Shown here in pieces: positions 47,215 through 56,445 of a stretch of 64,000 bases of DNA. Numbering within the stretch: the first letter of the stretch is position 1; each line of letters begins with the position of its first letter. The DNA lies in the NCBI GenBank assembly GCA_964572035.1, contig CAZNDX010000002.1, positions 63,007-127,006 of the forward strand, written 5' to 3'. A program made the position numbers and the translations under genes. The notes under the pieces were generated by a model. That model searched no databases, was not told where the DNA came from, and worked only from the letters and a program-made list of their open reading frames with translations. Origin of the DNA: an uncultured Methanosarcinales archaeon. GTDB lineage: Archaea; Nanobdellota; Nanobdellia; Woesearchaeales; ARS49.

Positions 47215-48069
47215 ATGGAACCATTCATAATACTGCTGATATGCCTTGGAATACTTCTGATCGCTACATACACAGACTTAAAATGGCTTGAAGTGCCGGA
47301 TTGGCTGTCGTACGCGGGAATTTTACTTGGAATAAGCATCCACATCTACTACTCTATGGAACAAATGGCGTGGTGGCCAATTTTGTCAAGCATAATAGGA
47401 CTCGCCATAACATTCGCGTTCGCATGCTTCATGTACTACACCGGACAATGGGGCGGAGGAGACGCGAAACTACTAATGGCGCTCGGTGCGATAATAGGAT
47501 TTGAAACAAACAAGTTCGCTTTTGGAACAAGCTTCATGATAAACCTTGTATTCTGCGGGGCGGCGTGGGGATTGCTTTACTCAGGCTACAAAGCGACGCG
47601 AAATGGAAAAGAATTCATTGAACAATTTAAAAAAATACGCTCGACAAAACCATACAGCACAATAAGGCTTCTAATCGCGCCAATCGCGATAACCTGCGTA
47701 ATATTGTCGTTCGTATTCTCATTTTTGCAAGTTGAACTTTTGATGCTCGCGTTCTTCCTGTTTTTCTTGTCATACGTCGCGATATTTGTAAAAAGCGTTG
47801 AGCTGTCGTCAATGCACGTCTGGGTCAGCCCGACAAAACTAACTGAAGGAGACTGGCTGGTTAAGCCAATCAAGGTTGGAAACTTTAAGCTAAATCCTCC
47901 GAAACTTGGACTTGAAAAAGAAGATCTCGCGAAAATAATGAAACTTTACAAGCAGAAAAAACTTGACAAAGTATTGGTAAAATACGGAATACCGTTCGTT
48001 CCAGCGTTTTTGATAAGCTTTGTTTTGACGTGGGCGGTCGGCAACATTGTTCTTTTTTTCATCGCATAA
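47215..48069 (+). CDS. A24 family prepilin/prearchaellin peptidase
   Basis: YTDLK..EVPD, GQWGGGDAKLL, LTEGD, IPFVPAF. Confidence 0.92.
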   Translation: MEPFIILLICLGILLIATYTDLKWLEVPDWLSYAGILLGISIHIYYSMEQMAWWPILSSIIGLAITFAFACFMYYTGQWGGGDAKLLMALGAIIGFETNKFAFGTSFMINLVFCGAAWGLLYSGYKATRNGKEFIEQFKKIRSTKPYSTIRLLIAPIAITCVILSFVFSFLQVELLMLAFFLFFLSYVAIFVKSVELSSMHVWVSPTKLTEGDWLVKPIKVGNFKLNPPKLGLEKEDLAKIMKLYKQKKLDKVLVKYGIPFVPAFLISFVLTWAVGNIVLFFIA

Positions 48070-48120
48070 ACTTGCGCGTAACGACAAAGGTTTAAAAGCA
48101 AAAGACGCTTTTAACGGGGT

Positions 48121-48222
48121 ATGCTCGAGTCAGAATTCATAGTTATGGTCGGTCTTCTCACAATGTTCGCAGTAGTTGCCATAATCCTGAAAACACTAAG
48201 AACAAGACTATTCAACCTTTAA
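48121..48222 (+). CDS. Candidate 33-aa single-TM peptide
   Basis: MLESEFIVMVGLLTMFAVVAIILKTLRTRLFNL about 25 nt after TTTAAAA. Confidence 0.4.
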   Translation: MLESEFIVMVGLLTMFAVVAIILKTLRTRLFNL

Positions 48223-48737
48223 GGGATTCTTTTCAGACTTTTAATTCTATAATCTTCTTTGCCCGCCTTGACTTCAGGAGTTTTGGGAACTTCAATCGGC
48301 TTTTCCTTTTCTCTTTCAAACACGCCAATGTTTTTTGCGTGCTCCTTGATTTTACTTTCAGACTTGGCAAGACTGTCTGGAGTCGCCTGTTTCGGATTCC
48401 AACCAAGCTGCAATTTGTCGCCTTCAAATCTAGGAAGAACGTGAATCATCGCGTGGTTATGGCGCTGGCCAGAAACAACGCCATTTTGAACCAACAAATT
48501 GGAACCTTGCGCGCCAAGAGTTTCAATAACTGCTTTTTGAACTTTTTGAGCAATCTTAAACATATCAGCGACAACAAAATCAGGACACAACTCCAAAATC
48601 GGCGAATGTTTTTTCGGAACAATAACAACATGGCCAGGAACAGCGGGCTCCGGCGAAAGCATAACGAAAGAATGCTCAGTCTCGAGAAGACCGTTCGCCT
48701 TCTTGGCAACCAAGCCGCAGAAAAGACAGTCGCTCAT
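48219..48737 (-). CDS. HIT-family protein, degenerate triad (HAMIH)
   Basis: CLFC, PGHVVIVPKKH, SGQ..NHAMIHVLPR. Confidence 0.85.
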   Translation of the reverse strand: MSDCLFCGLVAKKANGLLETEHSFVMLSPEPAVPGHVVIVPKKHSPILELCPDFVVADMFKIAQKVQKAVIETLGAQGSNLLVQNGVVSGQRHNHAMIHVLPRFEGDKLQLGWNPKQATPDSLAKSESKIKEHAKNIGVFEREKEKPIEVPKTPEVKAGKEDYRIKSLKRIP

Positions 48738-49327
48738 TTTCCACCCGTCAAGAATTCAGCGATCTCATCAAGCTTTGATTTGGACGCTTTCTTCTGCTCC
48801 GTCTCTTTTTTTGCTGGAACTTTGACTTCTTTTTTAACTTCCTTGCTCTCCTCATCTTTAGCAATTTTCTTAATTTCCAACTTTGGCCCAATAAACGGCT
48901 CTTTTCCAAACTCCTTGGCGACAACGACAGAAAGCTTGCCGTGAAGATCGTTCAGAACTTTTTCATCCAACTTAACAATTGGCAAATCAAGAACAATTTC
49001 ATCATCTTTAGTTCTGGGCATAACGTGAACCATTCCATGAGGCGCGCGCTGACCAGCCGCAGGACCATTCGCGACAAAAATAGAAGTGCCTTCGCACTTA
49101 AACGCCTGAAGCAAGGCTTGACTCAATTGCTTGCAAACCATGCCAACATGAGCGGAAAGCTCATCATCCATTTGCAAGAGAACTTCAACGTGCTTTTTGG
49201 GAATAACAAGAATATGGCCTTCAGTTCCTGGATTAATGTCGAGAACAGCCGCGACCTTGTCGTCATCGTAAATCTTTTTGGCGGGAATTTTGCCATTCGC
49301 GATATTGCAAAACAAACACTGCTCCAT
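48734..49327 (-). CDS. HIT-family protein, degenerate triad (HGMVH)
   Basis: CLFC, LDINP..EGHILVIPKKH, AGQ..PHGMVHVMPR. Confidence 0.88.
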   Translation of the reverse strand: MEQCLFCNIANGKIPAKKIYDDDKVAAVLDINPGTEGHILVIPKKHVEVLLQMDDELSAHVGMVCKQLSQALLQAFKCEGTSIFVANGPAAGQRAPHGMVHVMPRTKDDEIVLDLPIVKLDEKVLNDLHGKLSVVVAKEFGKEPFIGPKLEIKKIAKDEESKEVKKEVKVPAKKETEQKKASKSKLDEIAEFLTGGK

Positions 49328-49440
49328 AAACTGAAGATTTGATTGTGTCTATAAAAAGGTTCACGCGCTTTCCGCTCAAACACCCACCACAAACTATATA
49401 AATGAACAGACACATATAAGGAGTAAAAAGAAGGTGAAAG

Positions 49441-49935
49441 ATGCAACTGTTTAGCTCTTCAAAGGGAATAACTCCACTTGTCGCAACAATTTTATTGGTC
49501 GCTTTCTCAGTAGGCCTTGGAGCTCTAGTAATGAGCTGGGGAGAAGAATATATCGCGGAAAAAGCCGAATTCGTACAAGGAACGGCTGAAGTAAAATCAG
49601 GATGTGACGCCGCGTCAATACAGCTAATCAGAATCAGCGGAACACCGCAAGCGTGCCTAAGCCCAGAAGGAATACAATTGTGGATAGACAACGGACCAAA
49701 CGTAGACTTGTATAATATTCACGCAAGAATAGCAGGACAAAACGGAGTTGACATAGTGGAGGACATACTAGAACAGCCACTACTGAAGGCAAACGCGGTA
49801 AAAGTAACAATACCTATTAATCCGCAACTGGGCGCCATAATGCAAGTGCGCCTAACACCAAAATTCTGGACAGGAAAAGACATCGCGCTTTGCTCGCAAA
49901 ACGCGCTTGAAATAGAACGGCTAAAAATGTGCTAG
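49441..49935 (+). CDS. Archaeal type IV pilin-like protein (class III signal peptide)
   Basis: KG/ITPLVATILLVAFSVGLG; AAGGTGA ribosome-binding site. Confidence 0.85.
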   Translation: MQLFSSSKGITPLVATILLVAFSVGLGALVMSWGEEYIAEKAEFVQGTAEVKSGCDAASIQLIRISGTPQACLSPEGIQLWIDNGPNVDLYNIHARIAGQNGVDIVEDILEQPLLKANAVKVTIPINPQLGAIMQVRLTPKFWTGKDIALCSQNALEIERLKMC

Positions 49936-50550
49936 TCAAAGCAAGCCGTTGAACACCCAAGAGTACAATCTGGATTGAGATTTCTCGCCGAACTGAGTTG
50001 AAAACCAAACAGCTAAACCCTGCCTTGAAAGCTTAGGTTTTGACGCTAAAACAACAGCGTCACGATGCAAATTACAATAATTGACGTCGCAAAAACTTCC
50101 GTTGACGAATTTATTGGTTAAACTAAGCGCGTTCTTTTCACTCTCAGACACCTCAAAAGGCGCGGACAAGCTAACATCCTGATTCAGCGTGGAACTCCTG
50201 AAAACCCTGCTAAATCTCACTCCGACCTTATTCTTCACCAAATGATTATCGGATAAAAATACAGAGGTCGCGTTTTTGACGTCAAAACCAACATCGAAAC
50301 CGTTCATTCTGCACCCTTTAACCGTCACATTGTTTGAATTCTCAATAGAAATTCCTTTTCCGCCCGTAAAACTTTTCAAGACAGTTCCCTTGCACAAAAT
50401 TTCTATATCGCTTCCCCTGACTGTAATTCCGTTTGGGAAGTAGTAAACATCAGAACAAAAAGTCACGCTTTCTCGGACTACCATTCCGTCAGCCGGAACA
50501 ACACAAGCGAAAACAGATGGAACGAGCAAAATAAAAATCAAAAATTTCAT
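49936..50550 (-). CDS. Secreted right-handed beta-helix (NosD/PbH1-like) protein
   Basis: Signal peptide; GISIENSNNVTVKGC-type repeats. Confidence 0.8.
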   Translation of the reverse strand: MKFLIFILLVPSVFACVVPADGMVVRESVTFCSDVYYFPNGITVRGSDIEILCKGTVLKSFTGGKGISIENSNNVTVKGCRMNGFDVGFDVKNATSVFLSDNHLVKNKVGVRFSRVFRSSTLNQDVSLSAPFEVSESEKNALSLTNKFVNGSFCDVNYCNLHRDAVVLASKPKLSRQGLAVWFSTQFGEKSQSRLYSWVFNGLL

Positions 50551-51356
50551 CGCCTAAAAAAGCGAAGACCAACAAAGGCGAGAACATAACCCGCAATGTA
50601 TAGAATTATTTGCGCCAAAAATGGCACACTCCTCTTATCAGTCATCACTTGAACCTCTTTTTCAACTATTGGACTCTGAACATTCTGTTCCAAAACAATA
50701 TCCTCTTTTATTTCTTCGTTACTACTATTTTCTTCAACAATATTTTTGGGAGTTAATCTTGAAACATCAACCGGAGACTGGCAGTCGGCGTCAGATTCAA
50801 CACACGAAGGACTGCAGTAAAAGTCACCGCTCTCGCACAAATCAAAATTCCTCACTTCATTGCAGGCGTTAACCTCGCAAAAAGAACGCTCAATATCCTT
50901 ATTTCCAAGTAAAACGGTATTGTACTTGCTCATAATCGCGGAAACAGGAACTTCCAAACTCTTGTCATTATTATCGCGCAAAACATTCTCGTAAGCATAA
51001 AACATTCTCACTCCAACCTTGTTCTTGAAAAAATTGTTTTTCTCAAATAATGAGCTTGTCACGTTTTTCAAATAGAGGCCCTGTCTGAAAGTCAGAACTT
51101 GACAGTTTCTAATTGTCACGTTTTTAACGTTCTCAACAACAATTCCGCTTTCTGAAACGCCAAGAGTTCCCCTCAAAATGGCGGTGTTGCAGTCCAGAAC
51201 AATATCGCTCGCGGAAATATGAATTCCATTAGGAACATCAAAAGTATCGCTGCAAAATTCCATACTCTGATTGACAAACATGAAATCCTTCGGCTTGACG
51301 CACTCAGCTACAGCGAAAGTTGAAAGCAAAACCGCGAACAAGATGACATATTTCAT
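50547..51356 (-). CDS. Right-handed beta-helix protein with C-terminal membrane anchor
   Basis: Signal peptide; GIVVENVKNVTIRNC repeats; Cys-rich segment; C-terminal TM; visibly paralogous to the neighbour. Confidence 0.8.
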   Translation of the reverse strand: MKYVILFAVLLSTFAVAECVKPKDFMFVNQSMEFCSDTFDVPNGIHISASDIVLDCNTAILRGTLGVSESGIVVENVKNVTIRNCQVLTFRQGLYLKNVTSSLFEKNNFFKNKVGVRMFYAYENVLRDNNDKSLEVPVSAIMSKYNTVLLGNKDIERSFCEVNACNEVRNFDLCESGDFYCSPSCVESDADCQSPVDVSRLTPKNIVEENSSNEEIKEDIVLEQNVQSPIVEKEVQVMTDKRSVPFLAQIILYIAGYVLAFVGLRFFRR

Positions 51357-51568
51357 AGCTGCTCCCTGAACACCACCAAAACAGCAGGCACAATAACCAA
51401 CAACATTAAACCAAGAACGGCGCTTAATACGTTAAAGCCATTCTCGTAAACATAAATACCGAGAAAAACGTAGGGCAGAGCAAGAAGCGGCTCTAAGTAT
51501 ATTTTTGGAGAGATTCTTCTAACCTCTTTAACCTCTTTTTTCACCATCTTTTTCACAACCCTTTTCAT
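51353..51568 (-). CDS. Small membrane protein
   Basis: Basic N-terminus plus two TM helices; ATGA-coupled. Confidence 0.65.
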   Translation of the reverse strand: MKRVVKKMVKKEVKEVRRISPKIYLEPLLALPYVFLGIYVYENGFNVLSAVLGLMLLVIVPAVLVVFREQL

Positions 51569-51588
51569 GTTCTTTCAATTAATAAAAC

Positions 51589-52512
51589 TTACTCAACAAA
51601 CTTCACGTCGTCAACAATGCCGTCCGCGTCGCGGTCCAAACCTTCCACCACTTTCGCGAAAATTTTCGGATTCTTTTTGTTGCCTTTGACAATTTCGTTA
51701 AAATATCGAAGGAAAGCAATCATAACGGCGCGAGTTCCAGAATAACGCTTTCCGGCAATAACAATCACCCATTTTTTCGGATTAAACGGATTCTTCATCT
51801 TGACAATAATGCCCGCGGCGTCCTCGCGGTAAGTCTCCCCTGAAATCTCGCTGTGAATCGCCCAATTCTTTTTTGGATCAAAGAAAATCGGCATATTGAA
51901 ATTCGCCCTGCTCGTCACTGTGTTAACCACAGGACCTCCGATGAGGATAAGATTATTGTCAAGCTCCTCTTTTCTCACTTCGGTGTCAAGACGGACGCTA
52001 AGCTGGGAAACATTTGAAAGAAAAGTCCCCAAAAACAAGCCAAAATCAATTCCATAATAACCGTCTCGCGAGCGGGCCATCTCAGGACCGTGAGGGTCGG
52101 GACTTCCAACAACAATAATTCCATTCAGCTGGCCGTTGTCAATAATTGGCTCCAAAAATTCCCTTGATAACTCATCGCTTTGAGAAAAATCAGGCGACTC
52201 GCTGAAATCCTTCAACGCGAGAACAAAAGCGGGAGAAGTGACGCCATAAACATTAGCGGTGGTTCCCTGAAGCTCAAGACGCTTTGTGACCTCAATAAGC
52301 CTTGCCTTTTCCAATTTCCTAATATGATAATAGACTTTCTGCTCGTGAACCTTCAAAAGTTTTGCCAAGGCTCTTGGATGGCTTGGATTTTTGGCAAGCT
52401 CGTCAAGAATGCGCTTGGCTAAATGGGACGAAGCCGCTTTAAGCTGTTTCTCAGATGCAAGCCTCGCCGGAATGCTGAAAATCTCCTTTCCCTTCTTCTC
52501 GACAACTCTCAT
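51589..52512 (-). CDS. ArsR-type HTH protein fused to a C-terminal alpha/beta domain
   Basis: EQKVYYHIRKLEKA HTH; IVVGSPDPHG, NLILIGGPVVN, AGKRYSGTRA. Confidence 0.8.
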   Translation of the reverse strand: MRVVEKKGKEIFSIPARLASEKQLKAASSHLAKRILDELAKNPSHPRALAKLLKVHEQKVYYHIRKLEKARLIEVTKRLELQGTTANVYGVTSPAFVLALKDFSESPDFSQSDELSREFLEPIIDNGQLNGIIVVGSPDPHGPEMARSRDGYYGIDFGLFLGTFLSNVSQLSVRLDTEVRKEELDNNLILIGGPVVNTVTSRANFNMPIFFDPKKNWAIHSEISGETYREDAAGIIVKMKNPFNPKKWVIVIAGKRYSGTRAVMIAFLRYFNEIVKGNKKNPKIFAKVVEGLDRDADGIVDDVKFVE

Positions 52513-52606
52513 TTTAGCTTAACACCATATATTATAAAATAAATTGTAATAGTATTATAAAATCTTTACTATTTGTTTATATATCCCGCGGTCTTTCCAA
52601 TTTTTC

Positions 52607-54319
52607 ATGTGCGGAATCTTAGGATACATCGGAAAAAGAAACGGCGTCCCAATCGTCTATGAAGGACTCCAACACTTATCGTACAGAGGATACGACAGCT
52701 GGGGCATCGCGGCGCATACCCGCAATGGAATTCTTGTTGAAAAACAAGTCGGCGACATATCAAACGCGCAAATAAACTCATTCTCAAGCACGCTCGCAAT
52801 CGGACACACAAGATGGGCGACGCACGGAGGAGTAACGCAAGGAAACGCGCACCCGCACACAAATATGGATGGCACAATCGCGGTAGTCCATAACGGAATA
52901 ATTGAGAACTACCAAGAATTGCGCGACGAACTGCGTGTCAGCGGATATAATTTCAAAAGCGCCACAGACACAGAAGTGGTTCCACACCTGATTGACTATT
53001 ACATAAAGCAAGGAAACGACTTCAAAACAGCGTTCACTTTGGCGACGAAAAGACTGGAGGGCCATTACGCACTCCTGGCGACAAAACAAAACGACTCGCG
53101 AATACTTTTCGCAAGGAACGGAAGTCCGCTGCTTGTAGGAATAGGAAACGGAGAATACTTCATCAGCTCAGACATACCAAGCTTTCTCTCACATACGAAA
53201 CAAGTAGTCCAATTGGAAGACGGAGACATAGGAGAAGTGTCGCACAACCTGACAATCAGCCACGAAAACATTGAAGTCACACGCCAACCGCTAACAATCT
53301 CGTGGGACCTGGACGTAGCCAAAAGGGGAGATTTCGCCCATTTCATGCTGAAAGAAATCTACGACCAAGCGCACACAATAAGGGCCGCGCTAAACCAAGA
53401 CCAAAAAACAATCGAAAAAACAAAAAACATGCTCCGGAACGCCTCAACCATATACTTGGTAGGATGCGGCACCAGTTACAACGCTGGTGCCACATCTACC
53501 TATAAATTCACGGAACATGGAATGAAAGCGCAGGCAGTCCTGGCGTCCGAATTTGACTCCACATTCGTCAATGAAAATACGCCGATTATCGCCATATCGC
53601 AAAGCGGCGAAACAGCGGATCTCTTGGACGCGGTAAAAATCGCCAAACAAAAAAAGGCACCAATAATCTCTCTGGTAAACGTCACCACAAGCACTCTCGC
53701 AAGGATATCCGACATAACAATACCATTAAACAGCGGACCAGAACTCGCCGTCGCAAGCACAAAAGCCTGCACAAGCCAACTAGCGGTTTTGAGCATGCTG
53801 GCGGGAGAAAGCTTGGTGTCAATTGAGCAAGCCGCAAGACATGCGAAACAACTAATTCAAGAATCGCAACCGCAAATGAAAGAACTGGCACATTCACTAC
53901 AAAACACCAAAAATCTCTTTGTTCTTGGGCGTGGGGCTCTCGCGCAGACCGCTCGCGAAGCCGCGCTTAAGATCAAAGAGGTTTCTTATATTCACGCCGA
54001 AGGCATGAACGCAGGAGAACTAAAACACGGAACCATCGCGTTAATTGAGAAAGGAACGCCCGTCATCGCAATTTCTGACGACAAGACAAGGACATTGACG
54101 CTCTCAAACGCCCAAGAAGTCAAGGCGCGAGGCGCGCTCGTAATTGGCGTTGACTCTGAGCCAAACTCGGTTTATGATATTCACATACAAATACCAAAAG
54201 AGGGAACGCAACTTCTTGCGCTGCTTCCGCTGCAAATTCTGGCGTACTATCTCGCGGCGGAAAAAGGACTAAATCCCGACAAGCCAAGAAATCTGGCCAA
54301 AAGCGTGACGGTAAGATGA
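52607..54319 (+). CDS. glmS: Glutamine--fructose-6-phosphate transaminase (isomerizing)
   Basis: MCGILG, YRGYDS, GHTRWATHG, HNGIIEN, SQSGETAD, ELKHG, PRNLAKSVTV. Confidence 0.97.
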   Translation: MCGILGYIGKRNGVPIVYEGLQHLSYRGYDSWGIAAHTRNGILVEKQVGDISNAQINSFSSTLAIGHTRWATHGGVTQGNAHPHTNMDGTIAVVHNGIIENYQELRDELRVSGYNFKSATDTEVVPHLIDYYIKQGNDFKTAFTLATKRLEGHYALLATKQNDSRILFARNGSPLLVGIGNGEYFISSDIPSFLSHTKQVVQLEDGDIGEVSHNLTISHENIEVTRQPLTISWDLDVAKRGDFAHFMLKEIYDQAHTIRAALNQDQKTIEKTKNMLRNASTIYLVGCGTSYNAGATSTYKFTEHGMKAQAVLASEFDSTFVNENTPIIAISQSGETADLLDAVKIAKQKKAPIISLVNVTTSTLARISDITIPLNSGPELAVASTKACTSQLAVLSMLAGESLVSIEQAARHAKQLIQESQPQMKELAHSLQNTKNLFVLGRGALAQTAREAALKIKEVSYIHAEGMNAGELKHGTIALIEKGTPVIAISDDKTRTLTLSNAQEVKARGALVIGVDSEPNSVYDIHIQIPKEGTQLLALLPLQILAYYLAAEKGLNPDKPRNLAKSVTVR

Positions 54320-54738
54320 ACGAAAAAATAAAAATTCAAAGGGTAAGCCATCTTCAATTAGAGGAACGCCTGGAGCTTGAAAAAATCGTTGAAAAAGCAA
54401 TAACTCAACCCCTTCTCCGCGGAGAGGAATTTTTTCCAAACCACAAACTTGAAACGCCGGAAAGAAGAAATATATTTGTAAAACACTATCTTGAACTGGA
54501 AAGACACGCAAATAATTTTTATGATTACTTGGTGAAAGCAGGAGAAAGAATAATAGGCTACGCGGCGATTGACAAAGGATATAATGCTCTCAAAGAGTTA
54601 TTCACTCCGACGGTGCATTTCGCGTTTGTTCATCCCGCGCTGGAGCAATATCGAGATAGAATTGAGGACGTTTTTAGAAAAGAATGCGATAAAATAGACA
54701 CCGCAAATAAATCGGGAAGATACCAGATACCCTTTTAA
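54316..54738 (+). CDS. Hypothetical protein, weakly GNAT-like
   Basis: Coupled to glmS; IIGYAAI..FVHP segment. Confidence 0.6.
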   Translation: MNEKIKIQRVSHLQLEERLELEKIVEKAITQPLLRGEEFFPNHKLETPERRNIFVKHYLELERHANNFYDYLVKAGERIIGYAAIDKGYNALKELFTPTVHFAFVHPALEQYRDRIEDVFRKECDKIDTANKSGRYQIPF

Positions 54739-54761
54739 ATAATAATTCATTCTCAGTTTTT

Positions 54762-55535
54762 ATGCGAATCACTCTCAATATAAAGAAAAGCCTCAACGAA
54801 ACGGCCAACGAGTATTTTGAAAAATCCAAAAAAATGAAGCGCAAAACGGAAAACGCGCGAATAACAATAGACAAATTCAAAAAACAACTCGCTGAACTTG
54901 ACAACAAACAGCTGCTTCTTGAAAGCAAGGAAGACGCGAAGGAAGAGGCCCGCGCTCTTGAATGGTATGAAAAATTCAGATGGTTCATTTCATCAGAAGG
55001 ATTTCTTTGCGTAGGCGGAAGGGACGCGACATCAAACGAAGTGGTCATCAAAAAACACACAGACACAAATGATATAGTATTTCACACAGAATCTCCGGGC
55101 TCGCCGTTTTTTGTGATAAAAACAGAAGGAAAAAAACCAAGCGAAGCTACAATTCACGAAACAGCTGTCGCGACAGCGAGCTACAGCAAAGCGTGGAAAA
55201 TGGGCGTGACAGTAACAGAAGTATTTTGGGTAACACCTGACCAAGTAAGCAAACAAGCCCCATCAGGAGAATATATGCCAAAAGGCGCGTTCATGGTTCG
55301 AGGCAAACGCAATTTCATTCAAGCAACTTTGGGGCTTTCGGTTGGAAAATTAAAAGACGGAAAAGTAATGGCCGGACCAGAAGAAGCAGTCAAAAAACAC
55401 TGCGATGTCGCTGTTAAAATAGAAATAGGAAAAGACAAGCCATCGGACATCGCCAAGAAAATAGCCAAAAAAATCAACGCTCACGTTGATGACGTGATGC
55501 GAGTTCTTCCGGCAGGCGGACTTTCACTTGCGTAG
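54762..55535 (+). CDS. NFACT RNA-binding domain protein (short RqcH/NEMF-like)
   Basis: A.EYFEKSKK, WYEKFRWFISSEG, GGRDATSNE, FH....GSP, QVSK.APSGEY..KGAFMVRGKRN. Confidence 0.9.
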   Translation: MRITLNIKKSLNETANEYFEKSKKMKRKTENARITIDKFKKQLAELDNKQLLLESKEDAKEEARALEWYEKFRWFISSEGFLCVGGRDATSNEVVIKKHTDTNDIVFHTESPGSPFFVIKTEGKKPSEATIHETAVATASYSKAWKMGVTVTEVFWVTPDQVSKQAPSGEYMPKGAFMVRGKRNFIQATLGLSVGKLKDGKVMAGPEEAVKKHCDVAVKIEIGKDKPSDIAKKIAKKINAHVDDVMRVLPAGGLSLA

Positions 55536-56085
55536 CTAAATCTCGATACATTCTCATCGTTAAACTGGCATTTGAAAAATAACTTTTTGCGGCGCCATAC
55601 GCGTCAAACTGCTCACTAGATAATTCTCTAAGAATTATTTTTTCATCAGCTTTCTTCCAAGCAGAATCCAAAGTGTCATAACAAAATACGAACTTATTCA
55701 AAACAAGCTGAAAACTATTGTTAATCCTGTCATCCCAAGAATCAGAAAACTTCTCTTTTGCACGCTCGCGTTCTTCATAAATTTCCCTGATTTTTTTCGC
55801 GGCAAACTCCGCCTGCATACCGTAATGAATCAGCCAATCAAAACTTTCAGCAGAACTGTCGAACTCAAAATTTTCAGCGGGTTTAGCCATACCAAGAGAA
55901 AGATTCGCGACATCATGCATATCGTTAAGATAACCGCCCTCAATGAGTCCTTTGTCGTAATTTACTTTGCCACTGTAATACTCCCAACTGGCTTTTTCTT
56001 CAAGAGTTTCAGGCTCTTCTATTTTTGGCGAGGCGCAGGCTGAAAGCAAAGCTGCGAGCCCAAAACTGATTAATTTTCTTCTCAT
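55474..56085 (-). CDS. Hypothetical lipoprotein
   Basis: MRRKLISFGLAALLSAC lipobox. Confidence 0.7.
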   Translation of the reverse strand: MRRKLISFGLAALLSACASPKIEEPETLEEKASWEYYSGKVNYDKGLIEGGYLNDMHDVANLSLGMAKPAENFEFDSSAESFDWLIHYGMQAEFAAKKIREIYEERERAKEKFSDSWDDRINNSFQLVLNKFVFCYDTLDSAWKKADEKIILRELSSEQFDAYGAAKSYFSNASLTMRMYRDLATQVKVRLPEELASRHQRER

Positions 56086-56167
56086 AAGTCATTTTTCACT
56101 CTTATCGTATATAAAATTAAGCGAAAAATAGAGAGGGTTTATAAAGGGGGCAAAATGGGTTTCGAAT

Positions 56168-56419
56168 ATGACAAAAATCAACCATCACACGCTTCAGCCA
56201 AGCCTTGTAATCGGCAAAGCGGGACTAACGGAAGCGGTTGTTCGAAAAGCGAACGAGCTCCTCAAGCGAAAGAAAGTAATTAAGGTCAAATTCTTGAAAA
56301 CATCGATAGACGGGAATAAATACGCCCTTGTGGAAAACCTCGCCAAACAAACAAACAGCGACGTAATACACAGAGTAGGATTTATAGCAGTTCTTGAACG
56401 CACCCCTAGAAAGAATTAA
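56168..56419 (+). CDS. YhbY/CRM-domain RNA-binding protein
   Basis: LQPSLVIGKAGLT, IKVKFL, RVGFIAVL. Confidence 0.88.
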   Translation: MTKINHHTLQPSLVIGKAGLTEAVVRKANELLKRKKVIKVKFLKTSIDGNKYALVENLAKQTNSDVIHRVGFIAVLERTPRKN

Positions 56420-56445
56420 ATAGCCCTTTCCTTTAAAAAGACCTT

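Noticed and set aside
52513..52606. glmS ribozyme
   Set aside because: The TATA box is about 23 nt from the ATG, leaving no leader, and the spacer is AT-rich and unstructured
55474..55535. Convergent 3' gene overlaps (also 13875-13901, 30856-30879, 60643-60696)
   Set aside because: Common in compact genomes; no sign of frameshift or regulatory meaning
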